This document shows positions 49,230 through 62,432 of a DNA stretch of 64,000 bases, in pieces. Position numbers and translations under genes: made by a program. Positions within the stretch are counted from its first letter, which is position 1. Every line of letters begins with the position of its first letter. The notes beneath the pieces were generated by a model. It did no database searches, was not told where the DNA came from, and worked only from the letters and a program-made list of their open reading frames with translations. The DNA is from Tubulanus polymorphus (taxonomy: Eukaryota > Animalia > Nemertea): the NCBI RefSeq assembly GCF_964204645.1, contig NC_134033.1, positions 9,742,655 through 9,806,654 of the forward strand, given 5' to 3'.

Positions 49230-49565
49230 TCGCTGATTGGCTGATTTACTCTGCAGATGCGCACTGATGTGCGACTTAGTAAATTCGAAGGAAGTGTGGA
49301 GAACAGAGTTAGAGAAAATGGAGTGGATAATGCAAGATTCAAACCTGGGCCTGTAAATTACTAGCGTAGCGTCTTCCCACTAGACCACTGAGCTCGCTGA
49401 AAACCAGCCGAATGTTTTTGACTATCTATACTAACTATAGTAGGCCTACCTCACCTTACCCTAATCCTATCCCTAGGGGTATAACGTAACCCTAACCCTA
49501 ACCCTCTTGACCATCTTCTCATCCTCTTGACACTAACCCTATCGAAACCCTAACCCTAAACCCAA
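49230..49565 (-). repeat. Second copy of the tRNA-like/TTAGGG-motif repeat
   Basis: CACTAGACCACTGAGCTCGCTGA matches 1700-1725 inverted; CCCTAA runs follow. Confidence 0.6.
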
Positions 49566-50659
49566 TATAATGATTTTATTGTTACTTTTATTAATCTATA
49601 TTATAATATATGGATCCGGCTTAATATCTTTATAGGCCTAAGTCGGTAACCGGATCCGGCTAAATATCCACTTCCTAATTAATTGTAATTAGAACTTAGG
49701 GCTAGAGTTTGTAAACTGCTGAGATAATGCATCGTAAAAAAAGAAATAAGGCCTAAACCTATTCATTTGTCGCGCTAGAATTCGAACCTGATGGCATTGC
49801 TAGACTCAACTGCGCCACAAAACCCTGTCACACTAGACCGGTTGCACGGATACATACACGGTTTGCCACTAGAAAACTTTTGGCACCGATCAGATTGCTT
49901 GTATGATTGCTGAGGCAAATGTCATGGTTGAACTAGGCATAGGCCTATAGGGCCTGAATGGAAAATGCTGGAATAACATCTTAGCACCTCCAAATAGCCC
50001 TATAAGATGTTTCAGGGGAGTGCTTCCCTCGGGATGAGTGCTCATGGTTTCGGGCGTCGGCACTCGTGGATTCTGCAGTCCTCCCTTAGAAATTTATTTT
50101 ACAATGGCAGGGTTCCTACAGCCCTTCAAATCCCATAAAAACCCCTCAAATTCCAAAATCAATTTTTGAGGGTACGATATCCCTCAAATTCTTTTTATCA
50201 GAGTTTTAGCCTTAGTCCCCTCAAATTATTCCTCTCTAATTCTGAAAATTCTGTATCAGAGAATTTTGTATCACCTAATCCAGAAGGACCTTTCTTCAAA
50301 CATTAATTGCATTGTGTTGTTTGATGATAATCACAGTTGTACTTAAAGTACTGTGTACACATTGGATTGGCATTTTATAAAAGTGCGTTTAAGTGCTTGA
50401 ATTTTTCCTATAGCAATACAACTATGAAGCCTCTTTTGGCCTTAGTCAAAGTTGGTTGTGACCCTGCTGTTTTACTTAACGACCTATAAAATTAAACTAC
50501 TGAAGAAATGAATATTGGGCCTACATGTATTGGAAGTTTAAAAATTCAGATCAGAATTCTTGTTAATAGCAATTGTTTATGTTAGGTGGTAGCACCGCAC
50601 GGAAATATTTGTTGGTGCTAGCGCAGGAATTTTGCAAGATGGCAGCACCATAGGGCATA

Positions 50660-51310
50660 CAGTTCTACATCTACATAGGATACTGCATCTGAACCTCGAT
50701 CGTATAACGATGCTGGGGGAAGGTGGTGCGATTAGGTGGTGCGTACTGAGGCAGCAGAACATATCACATGGATGATCTCCTGACTGCTCGGTCGATGTTC
50801 TAACCTGTAGCAGTTTTCAATCGTTCCGCCGTATAGTTCTTCCTGATCCTTGGTTGATGTAATTTTCCTTGTGGATTGCAGGGACTGTTCCGTTTACTAT
50901 TCTGGCCATGAGCGCTATGCGATTTTCTTGGCGGCGGGGGGCTAGGCTTGACCAATTCAGCTCCTCCAGCATTGTTGTGACGCTACTGATACGCTTATAG
51001 TTTCCGGTTACGAATCTCGCGGCTCTCCGCTGCACTTTCTCAAGATGTTCAATGTTCTTTCGGTGGTAGGGGTCCCAGACTGTCGACGCATACTCAAGCT
51101 TCGATCTGAGATGTACCTTGACCCAGATGATTTCAGCCTCTGAGTCTGCGTCGGTTAGGTGTTCATAAATATAGTTCTTGTTTACTGCCACAAAGACACC
51201 ACCCCTGTTGATGGTTCGGTCCTTCCTGAATACCTTATAACCCTTGGGGAATTTTTCGGCTGTATGGATCGTGCTTTCAAGTTTTGATTCAGCTGCCAAA
51301 AACACTGAAA
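50660..51310 (-). pseudogene. CR1/Daphne-type LINE remnant: endonuclease N-terminus joined to ORF2 C-terminus
   Basis: ESKL..GYKVFRKDR..GGVFVAV..EIIWVKV fused to RSKLEYASTVWDP..LEKVQRRAARFV..LNWSSL; TGTAGA tail repeats. Confidence 0.8.
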
Positions 51311-51773
51311 TGTGCGTAGTTGCGTAACTATTTGCAGTGAATTGCAGACGAAACATGAAGCCTAAACGGCCGTTTAAAAAAAAATTATACCAATCGCAAT
51401 TGTAATATAAAAATGGGATAGAACCTAAGTTAAAATTCTGGCCATTTCTAAAATGTTATTACTAATTTTTAGTCGGTGCCGAACGTTTAGTTTTCCAACA
51501 ATAATGAGGGGTGGTAGGTAGTCATGCAATTCAAGTCATCATTTATTACACGTTACTTCCGTGTTGTTGAAAATCTCGCGAGTCCTGGACCAAACCCCAT
51601 TGAACAATGTGATCTGTGTGCTGGCCACAAATGCACACAGATCACACTACACTACCCATTACACACTCCAGTACCCACAGCTTTCATATATCCATCCAAA
51701 TATTTAGTGTCTTTCTTCCACTGCGTCATGAAGGTATAAGGCCCGTGGGCCTCTTGTTTTCATTATTCAGCAA

Positions 51774-51946
51774 GGGGTCATTCATTTATTACGTACGCAT
51801 TTGGGGAGGGGGAGGTGGTAGGGGTCAGTGCAATTGCGTACTGTAATGCTTAAGGTATACGAAAAAATGGCCGATTTTGCATACGGAGGGGTAGGTGGGG
51901 TTGAAAAATTCAAATTTTATGGGTATGTAATAAATGAATGATCCCC
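51774..51946. mobile_element. Harbinger-type MITE
   Basis: TIR GGGGTCATTCATTTATTACGTAC / GTATGTAATAAATGAATGATCCCC. Confidence 0.7.
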
Positions 51947-53031
51947 AAAACTAATAGGGCCTAACAGTTCATGCAAGAAAAACCACAGTCAGTTGAGATT
52001 ACCCTTACAGTTGTACATTGAATACGAATCTTGTGTAGGCGAAAGTGGCGAAATTGTTGTATTTAAATGTGTTTTTGTGTAGGAATCTTGAGAGATATAA
52101 ATTGCTTGGCTGGGAAATGATGGAAAACATCAGAATAAACTAGTTTTGTCTATAACAGAATCGCATTAATGAGGTTTAAGAATAAAAATAGCGTAGGCTA
52201 AATCGGCGTTCGGCAGAAAAATGAAATTCATTCAATTCTTAAGTCTGTGGTCCTCCCAATCAACATCGTCATAGAACATTTTCCGGCAGATGTAAAGCAT
52301 TAAACACTGTATACCTTACCCCAGTATAATCTACCAATGCTTCAAGGCCCATGGGCCTCTTGTTCTAAATACTTTTCATTACCTATTGATAGGTCAATAA
52401 TGATCATCAATTGATTTCAGGGAGGAAACTGAATGGGGCCGCCAAAAAGGTTTATAGAAAAGTTTTGATGAAAAGAATTTATCATGGAAGTACCAACTAG
52501 TCAGTTTTGGTTGTCTTCATGTGGAAATGCTTCAAACATAGAGGTATGTATAGGCCTACATATGATTCATGAACAATAATGGAAATTCAAGGATTCATTC
52601 CATTTCAGTGTCAGACATTTTAGCTTAGGCCTAATGTAAAAATGATTCAATGAGGACCCGTTGGAGTCTATATTCCTACGAGGTTTCTTGCTTAACTGCT
52701 TGTTAACATTATTGCATCATTTGGTAGCTTTAACCCTAATCAATTTTAAAAACTTAATGCAGTTACAAAATCTAGGTTCTTTTAATTTTAGGTTAAGACA
52801 TAAGAGCCTAGCAATGTATTTGGGCGGCTTAACTCTTTTCATGCCTATTTTCAGATTGCTAGATTTCGTGGGATCAATTTTAGCCATTATTTAAATCTCA
52901 TGATTAAGCATTTCTGAGGGCTTTCAGCTCAATGAAACATTTTAAGACTATACATTTTCTGTTTCAGGATGACTTACTCTAGAAATCTATATTTGAAAAA
53001 CTTTTCTTCTCAGGGGTGTGATGGGGGAGTA

Positions 53032-53721
53032 CAGTAGAACTCGCTCACCTCGGGATTGAGCACCTTGGAATTTTGCCTGCCTCGGAAAAATAGAAAATCA
53101 TTTTTCATTTGTAACTGTTTTTCAATGAAAAATATGTGTTTAGCTCGGAATTGCCTTCCTCAGAAATTTGTTTAGCTCAGACTGATTACCGTGGGACAAA
53201 CGTCATTTTCTTTGATCACCTCGGAAAACTTAAACGACCTTCCGTGTTTTTTACCCATTGAGACATTTTTATACTGACGATCTATGCAATACATTTATCC
53301 ATACAATTTATTGATTTTGAATTGTGTTACCGGAAATCTAGAATGAGCTCCCAAATGATAATTGTGACAAATGCCACCATCTATTGGAGAAAATAGAAAG
53401 TATGTATAGTCAGGAAATCAAATCATGTACGTTTAAAAGCAACTTGGCTGGATTAAACTTTACTTAAGCCCTCTGAAATTCCCCCAGGAATAATTATTAA
53501 GAAAAGACTAAAAATTGGAAGTTTTCATTGGTCATTTGTTTGGATATGTCTTAAAACATTGGAGTTTACGCGCTTTATTGCAACAAGACATACATACATT
53601 GAAACATAGAGGAAACCATGTCTGAAAATATTCATATCCATTTCTGCTCCTGCCTCGGAATTAGTATACCTCGCAAAAAATTTTACGGTCCCCCGAGATC
53701 TGAGGTGAGCGAGTTCTACTA
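53032..53721. mobile_element. Tc1/pogo-type MITE
   Basis: TIR CAGTAGAACTCGCTCACCTC / GAGGTGAGCGAGTTCTACT; TA flanks. Confidence 0.75.
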
Positions 53722-54109
53722 TAATAGGTTAATAGCGTCAAAATAACTTAATCAGTTGACTTAATGAAATTGACTTAATCACCTTTCTGCCAACTACAAG
53801 ATATCCAATGATATAACACATGCAATATCTATGCCTAAATGTTCTTTTCAGGATTCTGATCTCAGGCATGCAAGTTATCAAAATTTCACTGAATGTTTCA
53901 ATAAAACCATATTACAATGGATTCCATGTGTTTACATGAACATAACATCGCCGTTGTATCTGTTGTTCCTGTGTCAGAAAAACAACGTTCAATCACATTC
54001 ATCCGTGTTGCTGAATCTTTCAAAAAGTGTAAGTATTGCCAATGATAAATGTTTTATTTTTTGGGAAGACCCATTACTTAAGGGCTGATTCATCTGTATA
54101 AGGAATCAT

Positions 54110-54895
54110 GTAATCGTCCCCCGTGCAGGCGTTGGTATCCGCCTCCGTCCGTCCGCATCAGCTTGTGAACGCGATTTTAGAAGAACTGTTGATCGCAGGA
54201 CTATGATATTACACAGTATGATTATCCCTAGGGGAGGATGTGCCCTCATTATTTTGGGGTCCAGGAATCGAAGGTCAAGGTCACTGCAGGTCATTCATGT
54301 GAAACCTTGTGAACGCAATTCAAGAAGAACCGTTGATCGCAGGACTATGATATTATGTATTATGATTACCCCTTAGGGAGATGATGTTCCCTATCAATTT
54401 TGGGGACCAAGGATGAAAGGTCAAGGTCATTTTATGTGAAACCTTGTGAACACGATTCAAGAAGAACCGTTGATGGTAGGACTATGATATTACGTATTAT
54501 GATGACACCTAGGGAGAGGATGTGCCCTTTTGATTTTGGGGTCTGAGGATCAAGGGTTGAGGTCACCTCAGGTCATTAATTTGAAACCTTGTTAAAACGA
54601 TTCAAGAAGAACCATTGATGACAGGACAATGCTATTTCATATTGTGATTACTCCTGGGGAGAGGATGTGCCTTAGTGATTTTGGAGTTCTAGGGCCAAAG
54701 GTCCAGGTTAGTAGAGGTCTTTCGCCCTGTAAACCTGTAAACCCTGTTAACTCAATTCTTAGATAACCATTGATAGCTGGACAACAATATTTCATAGTAT
54801 GGTTATCCCTGGATACACTTATCATTTTCCAATATTAAAGATCAGTGTCTTCAGGGGTCATTCCCTACTGGCTATTGCAGGGGACATAGATATGT
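54110..54895 (+). mobile_element. Helentron-associated (HINE/pearl-like) element with internal ~140-150-bp tandem repeats
   Basis: CGTCCCC start, CCGTCCGT microsatellite, ~4-5 units containing AAGGTCAAGGTCA, GGGGAC subterminal inverted motif. Confidence 0.65.
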
Positions 54896-55261
54896 AGTAT
54901 CAAATTGGCTTGCTAGATTTTTGAAATCCTTTCATCTCGGCCTACCGGAGATACAACTGGAGCCCTCAAATTGGTCTGATCTGATTCAAGGTGGCTGACT
55001 TACGGTCATGACATTATTATTCTTTATAGTCAGTACTTATCCTTCTTGGTCAACGGATGCTGATGAAAGGGCACACGAATAAAGTTGACACTTGCAGGGC
55101 TTCCAATTATCGACCAAGGAAAAAAATTTTTGGATCTTGCCGAAGTCCTCTGATATCAGTTAAGACTGGTGCCATGATGCCTGTTCTCTAACTTAGTTGG
55201 TTGCTAACTATGTAGTTAAACTATAGGAAGTAAGGAAAAAAAACTAGGCTTAGTTATTTTT

Positions 55262-55448
55262 ATGAGTCAGGGGGCGATAGTTTATGGTGGCATTTATCTT
55301 TATTGGATGATCGTAGTTAATTGTCATTTGAAGGAAATTCAACTTTTTCTTGCTTTATGTCTTTATCATTTAATAAGAAAAATGATGGCTCCTATCTATT
55401 TTCGTGTTTGCTTCTCTTCACATGAAGTCGCTCTAGGTAGTCACGCTT
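55262..55448 (+). repeat. Dispersed repeat (second copy ~62963-63140)
   Basis: CAGGGGGCG.TAGT.TATGGTGGCA..GGCTCCTATCT..TTTCGTGTT..GTCACG shared. Confidence 0.7.
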
Positions 55449-55779
55449 TTAGGCCACTTGGGACTTAAGTCCCAGCGGGCCATTGCGTTCACTTTTCGTC
55501 CGTCGTCCATCCGTAGATGGAATCCAGTTATTTTGGGAAGTTTTGAAGACGCTTCAATGTAACATCTTGGTATTTGGTTAAAACATGTATCTACCCTAGA
55601 CACATCTTCAGCCCAAAAACTGGCCCTATCAGAATCAAGATGGCCGACTGGTGGCCATTGTTGTTCGCCGAAATCAGCACTTTTTACACATTTTTGAAGA
55701 TTTTGAGTTCGGTGAGGAATGTATCAAATGGTTCAATTTGATGAGTGTTCCAGAATCGATGCGTCTGAAGGACTTTGTT

Positions 55780-56264
55780 TTTTCTGGGTTACCCCGATTA
55801 CCTTCGGCCCTGCACAGTGCAATATAATCGCTACCTTTGTTTCATCACTCGTACCCGGTGCCACTGCAATACTTAGGTAAATCTCCATTTGACTTTTCCA
55901 TCTTTCTAAATTATCTGGACATTGCCGTCTGCTAGATTCAGCTGCGGCGGTGGGCGAAACACACCCGGCGATGGACTTTGTAACCCGTCTACGTTTTCAG
56001 CCATTTTTCGTCATTCATTCAAACAATCAATCACTCACTGGTGAAATTAGAACGTACGGTCCTTAAATACCGCTGCCACCATGTTGGCGATGTCCTCAGA
56101 GTCGGGAGATGACGAACAAACACAGTTGATTTGCATGTATGAGAATTACAACCTTTTATTCAACAGCCATTGTATTCATAAACAATGCCACATAATACTA
56201 CATTATGACGACTTCCAGTTGTACTGAATACTCACTGTAACCATTTACGTCTAATACATCAACA
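55780..56264 (-). mobile_element. 5' fragment of a Mag-type Gypsy element: LTR 56082-56264, tRNA-Leu PBS, gag start
   Basis: TGTTG..CAACA LTR; TGGTGGCAGCGGT PBS; ATG at 56004 MAENVDG..PPPQLNLADGNV / NLERWKSQMEIYL..KVAIILHCAG. Confidence 0.7.
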
Positions 56265-56617
56265 TATAGCGTGTGTAGTGGATAAAAGAGAATTAATGAA
56301 AAGCTTAGATTTGTTTTCACCGACAAAAAACTGGCCATATCCTCACACATCCGCTACTACCGGTAGTCAATTTTAAACATCTGTATCCGAAGGTATGGAC
56401 CCCAGGGTCGATAAGATTCATAAGAAATAATACGATAATAATTAAATCATTTAACTGGGTTGTATCAAGTCATAATCATGTATGTGATTGAATTAATCAT
56501 TTGATGAAGACATACATAGCCATGAAATTATTGTAACTAACAAACTTCTCAAATTCAGAATATGGCTCTCTGGGTGGTAATGAATTCATGTATGCACAGA
56601 ATACACATCCGTCTCTA

Positions 56618-56976
56618 AACCTAGCGCACATCGACACTGCGATTGGAGACAACTAGTTGCAAGGCAGTTTTCGGCGCATGAGAGGAACTGGCTGGATACG
56701 ATCAGTTGCTTGAATGTGTCGATGTGAGCGAGCTTACGATTGGTAAGCGTCGATCTATCTCCAATTTCGTGCCAGTTGCCCATGTTCTACTTTTGAGCAA
56801 CTGGTTGTACTCAATCGCAGTCATATCCCTCGATGTGCGCGCTCTGGATCTCGACGATCGACACGCGCCATGCAGTTGCTGCAACTGACCGGTTATAACT
56901 AGATTTCGATGTGCGCGGGGTAATCGTTCGGTAGCAACTAGTTGTCTCCAATCGCAGTGTCGATGTGCGCTTGGCT
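56618..56976. mobile_element. Palindromic MITE (Harbinger-like)
   Basis: AGCGCACATCGACACTGCGATTGGAGACAACTAGTTGC repeated inverted at both ends. Confidence 0.75.
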
Positions 56977-57499
56977 TAAGTGGCGAAGTTATCAACTTAC
57001 CACCATTCAAGCCATGCCTAACCTATCTTAATGATTGGTCTATCGTTCAAGAGCAACTCATTTTTAATTGTTTTGATATGTTCATTTTACTTAACAGGTA
57101 ATAATATGCATCTTGGCTATGATCTCTGTGGCTGACCTATATTTGACATTGCAAGACTTAACTGAAAGTTCTTTGAAGCCAACTTTATCATTGCTTTCAT
57201 ACGTAAGTTCTTATTCTCACCTTGAAAAAATATTGTCAAAAGTTTTAAGCGTTACGCCGACCAGCATCATTGAATTTCAAAAACAAGTGTCATTTGGATT
57301 TTCTGCTGCTATCCCAGAAAAGCTTATTGTTATTCTCTGGATTACTATTTACATAGTCTTACAATACAATACAATTGCCATACTACTACCGTATGGCGTA
57401 CGGTACAAACAGGCAAGCTAGCATGCGTATGTGATACGGAATCGCTTATCCCTTCTCCTAGAAAGGTATATCGATCTATATCAGCCGGTGCTGCCATCT

Positions 57500-58162
57500 G
57501 CATAAAATCCAAGATGGCAGTAGCCAGGAAAAAACAATTTAGTTGGATGAAACGGTTTAGCAGCTCGTAAATGATGCTGACAATTTGAAATTTGGTAGTG
57601 AACATAATGAGAGTGACAACGAATATGACAGCAGTAGTTCAGATGATGAGACTTAGTCAGAAATAGGTATAGTGTCGGCAATGATTTCGATGATGATGAA
57701 AATGAAATCAGTGACAATTTTTTAGAATCTGTTGATCCGGTTGTCACATTATGCAAATTATTTGTATAATTTATCAACCCAATTATACTCCAATGAAACC
57801 CCTTTACATTTGGCCTTCTGACATATCGGCGGAAAAGTCAGTAAATGAGTGGAAAAATTAACTTTTGAGTTGTTTTATTGCTTTGAAATTTTTACTGTAT
57901 AAAGTAAGGATGTATGGTATACAATTTCATTTGAAATGGAATAGATCAGTGCATTTTCCTGGGAGACGGAGCAGTTTATCTGAAACTTTTTCATGAATTT
58001 TTTTCATGGCGGCCATCTTGGATTATGTGACCTTGACCTCAGGTTTACTTATATCCAAATTATTTATGTCTACTTCATAGGCCCAAAAGTCATCTCCTCA
58101 AATATACTCCCATAAACCCCTAAATTCCCTCCGGTACAGCACTACAGTATTGAAAGGATTAA
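57500..58162 (+). mobile_element. Possible piggyBac remnant
   Basis: Acidic MAVARKK..ESDNEYDSSSSDDE-like start and ..GAAAGGATTAA end; left TIR not found. Confidence 0.3.
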
Positions 58163-58919
58163 CTTGCTGCTATACCATCTGTATTTTGATGAATCAACAA
58201 TTTAAAAGCATTCTCGAGCTGTAAACGTTGATAATCCATGTTCACTGAACTAACACCCATGTTTTTCTTTGTCGCCATTCCTGTATTATCGATACTAGCG
58301 CTTTAAAAAAGGATGTCAAGTTGACTATCAATCGTGAAAGAAATGAATGTTGCGCATTATGGCAAATATGTTATCATTAAGTCAATGTTTTTATCTTCAC
58401 AAATTTACTATTCCTTTCGTTTTTACAATTGTCACAAAAGATTCAAGCACTTGTAAATGTTTAGATGAAGTGCACTGTGTCTTTACATACGTCATTGATA
58501 ATCAAGAGGTACAAATCTTGCCAAACCCTGACCATATTATCATCATTGATTACCCTTTTAGTGCTGGCCATTTTATATGGTATAATGCTGAGATGATTTT
58601 TGAGTGAAACTAGTGTCTCCAGTTAACTTAGCATTGCTCAGTTACTACTCAACCTATATTAACAAAATATACCCCAAATTTGAGATATGAAGCAGGGATA
58701 CATTTTAGAATCATTCCTTTAATCAGAATGGTGCGTTGATGTCATGTGACCAATGTCAGCCATCTTGGATTCAAAATCACCATGGAAAATTGCAATCGAA
58801 GCCTAGAAAAATAGTTATTCTAAAAAAAGGCCAATTTCCATACAGAAATAGATAACAACACTTCTTTTCTATGGTATGATTAGAAAAGAAATTTATGTGA
58901 ACAAAATATGTCATAGAAA

Positions 58920-59240
58920 TGTCACGGAGCGGATTTCCAAATGCCCGAGTCCCGCCTGTGCTACTGCCACTTGCAGTACTGCACTCAATGCAGCACCGAT
59001 CAGCTGATTCCTTTGTTACCACAGATGACTCCAACTAAATAAACAAACGATCAATTGGTAACACTGTAAGCATTTATTAACCAGATGTATTTCTCTAATG
59101 ATTCAGCACCACCAACTGAATATAAACAGGATATACATTTATATATACCCAAAGTAGAGGGCAAATGAACTGGAACTGGAATGCTCCAATAAAAATAACA
59201 CCATGTGACATCCTCCCCCACTTCAAAGATGTCGTCCCGA
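58920..59240 (-). mobile_element. 3' LTR (58920-59210) plus PPT of an LTR-element remnant
   Basis: TGTCAC...GTGACA ends, TATATAAA and AATAAA on - strand, PPT GAAGTGGGGGAGGA abutting. Confidence 0.65.
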
Positions 59241-62200
59241 TATCTTTAAATGCACTTACCAAATCAGGAAAGGTACTGACAGAGACTCCTCTAGTTTCCC
59301 TACAACAAATATGGTATTGTTTGATATGGTATGGAAATATAGAACTCGACCATAAACAATATTGTATTGGTGGGGTTATGTTTCATCTGAGTGATCCCTG
59401 GGCACCTCAGACTGCACAGATGATAATAGAATCTGCTATTTGTATTCTCTACTTCCTCAGAATCAGTCTATGAAAAGATTGAGAAACGATTTTTGTGTAA
59501 TTTACTTCAAATGAAATCCTAATTGCTTATCATACATGTATCTATGTCACTAGACCTGTAGTACCCCCCTAGACCTACTGAATCAAAACAATTATTGCTA
59601 TCTGTATGCATCAATACCTTCATAAACAGATTATACCTCTCCTTAGTCCATAACAGTGACTTTCTCGCCGTTGGAATTCAATTGAATATCGTCTTTACGC
59701 TTCACTGACTGTGAGTCGCAATTTCGGTGCCATTTTTCCTTTTGTTTTACCACAAAACTTACAAGAATTCATAACACTTAAAAATGTTCTCGCAGAATCT
59801 ACTGGAGCACCACCTGGTAGATGTTCACTACCACCAGGAAGCGTTCAAATGCAATAGGGTTCAAGTCCCAACATAATAATCTAACGTAAAGTGACCCCCT
59901 TCAAGAAATGGGGTGCGTTTATTCTGTATATGTTTTACTGGCTTCTCGGAAGGGGGTGCGTACTGAAAGGGTTAAGTCGAGCATAGTGAGAGTGGATAGA
60001 ATGGATTGTTTCCCCAAAAAACGGCAGCTGGTATATATCTACTGAAAGTCGCTTACTGACATGCAATGTAACCTTCAAAAGTGATTGTCATGCAAATTTT
60101 GATGTATTGTTTTCTTTTTGAGATTATATTAAAAGGAATATGCCATCTAAATTGTACATTCCATGATGGCTTTGAACACCCAAATGAAACATTTTAGAAT
60201 ACATAACAACCTGAGATCTGACTAATCATAAAAACATAATCTAAGTCTGCTGGCCTGATATGAAATCCTTGTCCATCGCTTGGTTTTAACCCTGTAGTGG
60301 CACTCGTGCTAGTTGATTTGTATCTGGTAAATTTTCTTTTTATTTACAGATATTATGTATATTATGCATACAGTTTGAACGTATAAAGAGTGTCAGATCA
60401 GCTTGGGTGATGTTTATTTTCTGGCTTCTTTCCCTGTGCGTTCAATTGGTTAGTGTATATTCAATGGTATTTACAGCTAAAGCCTATATGCCTACATTGG
60501 TAAGTCATTTATCATTCATCTTTTGATTTCAATGGAAATTAGTGTGACGGAGCTTTCACCCGACTTTTCCTCTGATGCCTCGTCCGTCAGGCTGGGGGTT
60601 GAGGGGGATGTGGAAGACTTACATCAACCAACAAGACAAACAGCCTACAGGCACAGTATAAATCACTGATAAGATTTATACACAGAGGCTACCTGAAATG
60701 TGACCGCCAACAAAATAACAGAATAACCCTCCAAAACTTCAAACTACATCAGACTACATCAAACTACATCAAACTACTTCGGACCACATGAAGGTGGCAG
60801 CGTTGAACTGATTATATTTGTATGTTTGTATATCCGATATACTGCTGGCATCATAAAGACCGTCTCTGGGCATAAGGTTACTGTAGGCCTAGTCATTAGA
60901 ATTTCACATATCATTGGTACAGTTTCAGTTTTGCTTATTACGCCACAAATTATGATTACATTGCACAGAGCAAAAAAAAGATAAGACAAAAATTTTAATT
61001 GCATAAGTACAATAGCTCATTAAGAGCATAACATGAAGCTCACCTTTTCATTGCAGACTTTTTCAAAAGGAATAGTGTTGTATTCGTTGATAATGACTAC
61101 TATCCATTTACTGGCTGTGCTGGTTGAGTTGATTTTGTCTTGTGTATCGGATGAATCCTGTTCTCAAAGTCATCGAAAAAAGGTAGGCCTATATCAAGTG
61201 AGCAACTGGGATAGCAGGATCATTGCCCTTATGGGTGGGGAACTAAGTGCTAAGGTCACAAGATGTTGGTGTGTTTCCATCCATATTTGATGCTCATTGG
61301 TCAATTTTAGACAATGGTTGACTACCCCAGGCACATGTTCTGCTCATAACTAATCCGATAGGAATCGAGAACGCTGCCTGACAGCCATTAATGTTCACCA
61401 AAATCGGTACTCTACATATCTTAGCCTACTTGGGACTTACGTGCGGGCGATTGCATTCACTTTGTATACATTATAGAGACAAAAAAATAAAAGCCAAAAA
61501 TCTTTCCTTGAGATGTTAGTTCATTTGATATATCGACTATATACTAATTTTTATCAGGAATACTAAGTTACAGCAGAAAATTATATATATATATTCCATC
61601 CAGCTCAAAGAGACTAGTTTAGTAATCAAAAGTGATATTGACTAAAGAATGATATAACATCGAAATGGTTACAAGCTAAAACCGGTTAAAGAGAAACAAA
61701 CTAAGGGGCGATCATAAAGTGAATATAAATATGAAATATAGCTGCAAAGCAGCAATAACGGGTTTCTGCGTTGCTGGAGTAAATGTCCTAATTGGAAGCT
61801 TGCCAAAGATTTCACTATAATCAGTTCATAACGTACCGCTATTTTGAAGGAGCACCACCGAGGGGTCAGCTCATGTGGATACGTTGACCGACATGGCTAC
61901 TAAGCGCAAAGTACTAATGTACCAAATTTAGGGAAAATAACTTCGAGAATAACGAAGATGTTTTTACCATTCCCTAGTGGCAGTTGTATGAACTAATTTA
62001 GCTGGTTAGGATACTTTACGTATGTATATGTACTTACACCAGGTTTTGTGATATCTATACTAAAATGGCTGATTTACATGCGAAAAACGGATGCTACAAT
62101 GAGTTTACAAAATTTATGCCCCTAGTGGTTAGAATAGGAACTAATTATGTGAGAGGTTTGTTGTATTCTATTGCTGCTTTAGTGGTCTAATTTGCTTCTG

Positions 62201-62394
62201 ATGTTTATTTAGTTCTTCTAAATCATACAGACGTATTTCAGTTTGGTGTACTTGTTTGTTGATTGTTTCTGAATGTTGCTATATGCGTTTAGACGAGAAG
62301 ATACACAATATCCGTGTATGATGATGAGGAGAGAAATCCCACAATAACAAAGCCAAAATAGAAAAAATAGAAAAAAAAATAGAGAAATCAGTAC

Positions 62395-62432
62395 GCCTGA
62401 TGATGGCTAACAGTTGTTAGCCGAAACGTCGC
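62395..62432 (+). ncRNA. Degenerate minimal hammerhead ribozyme (Penelope-like)
   Basis: CTGATGA-T-GGCTAAC-AGTT-GTTAGCC-GAAAC-GTC; stem I only 2 bp. Confidence 0.5.

Noticed and set aside
49485-49565. Interstitial telomere
   Set aside because: Short, degenerate CCCTAA runs belonging to a dispersed repeat family.
52421-52543. Candidate exon with good splice sites
   Set aside because: Stops in all three frames; a non-coding exon cannot be supported without RNA data.
60543-60910. Solo LTR starting TGTGACGG
   Set aside because: Could not fix a matching end with TSD, PBS or PPT.
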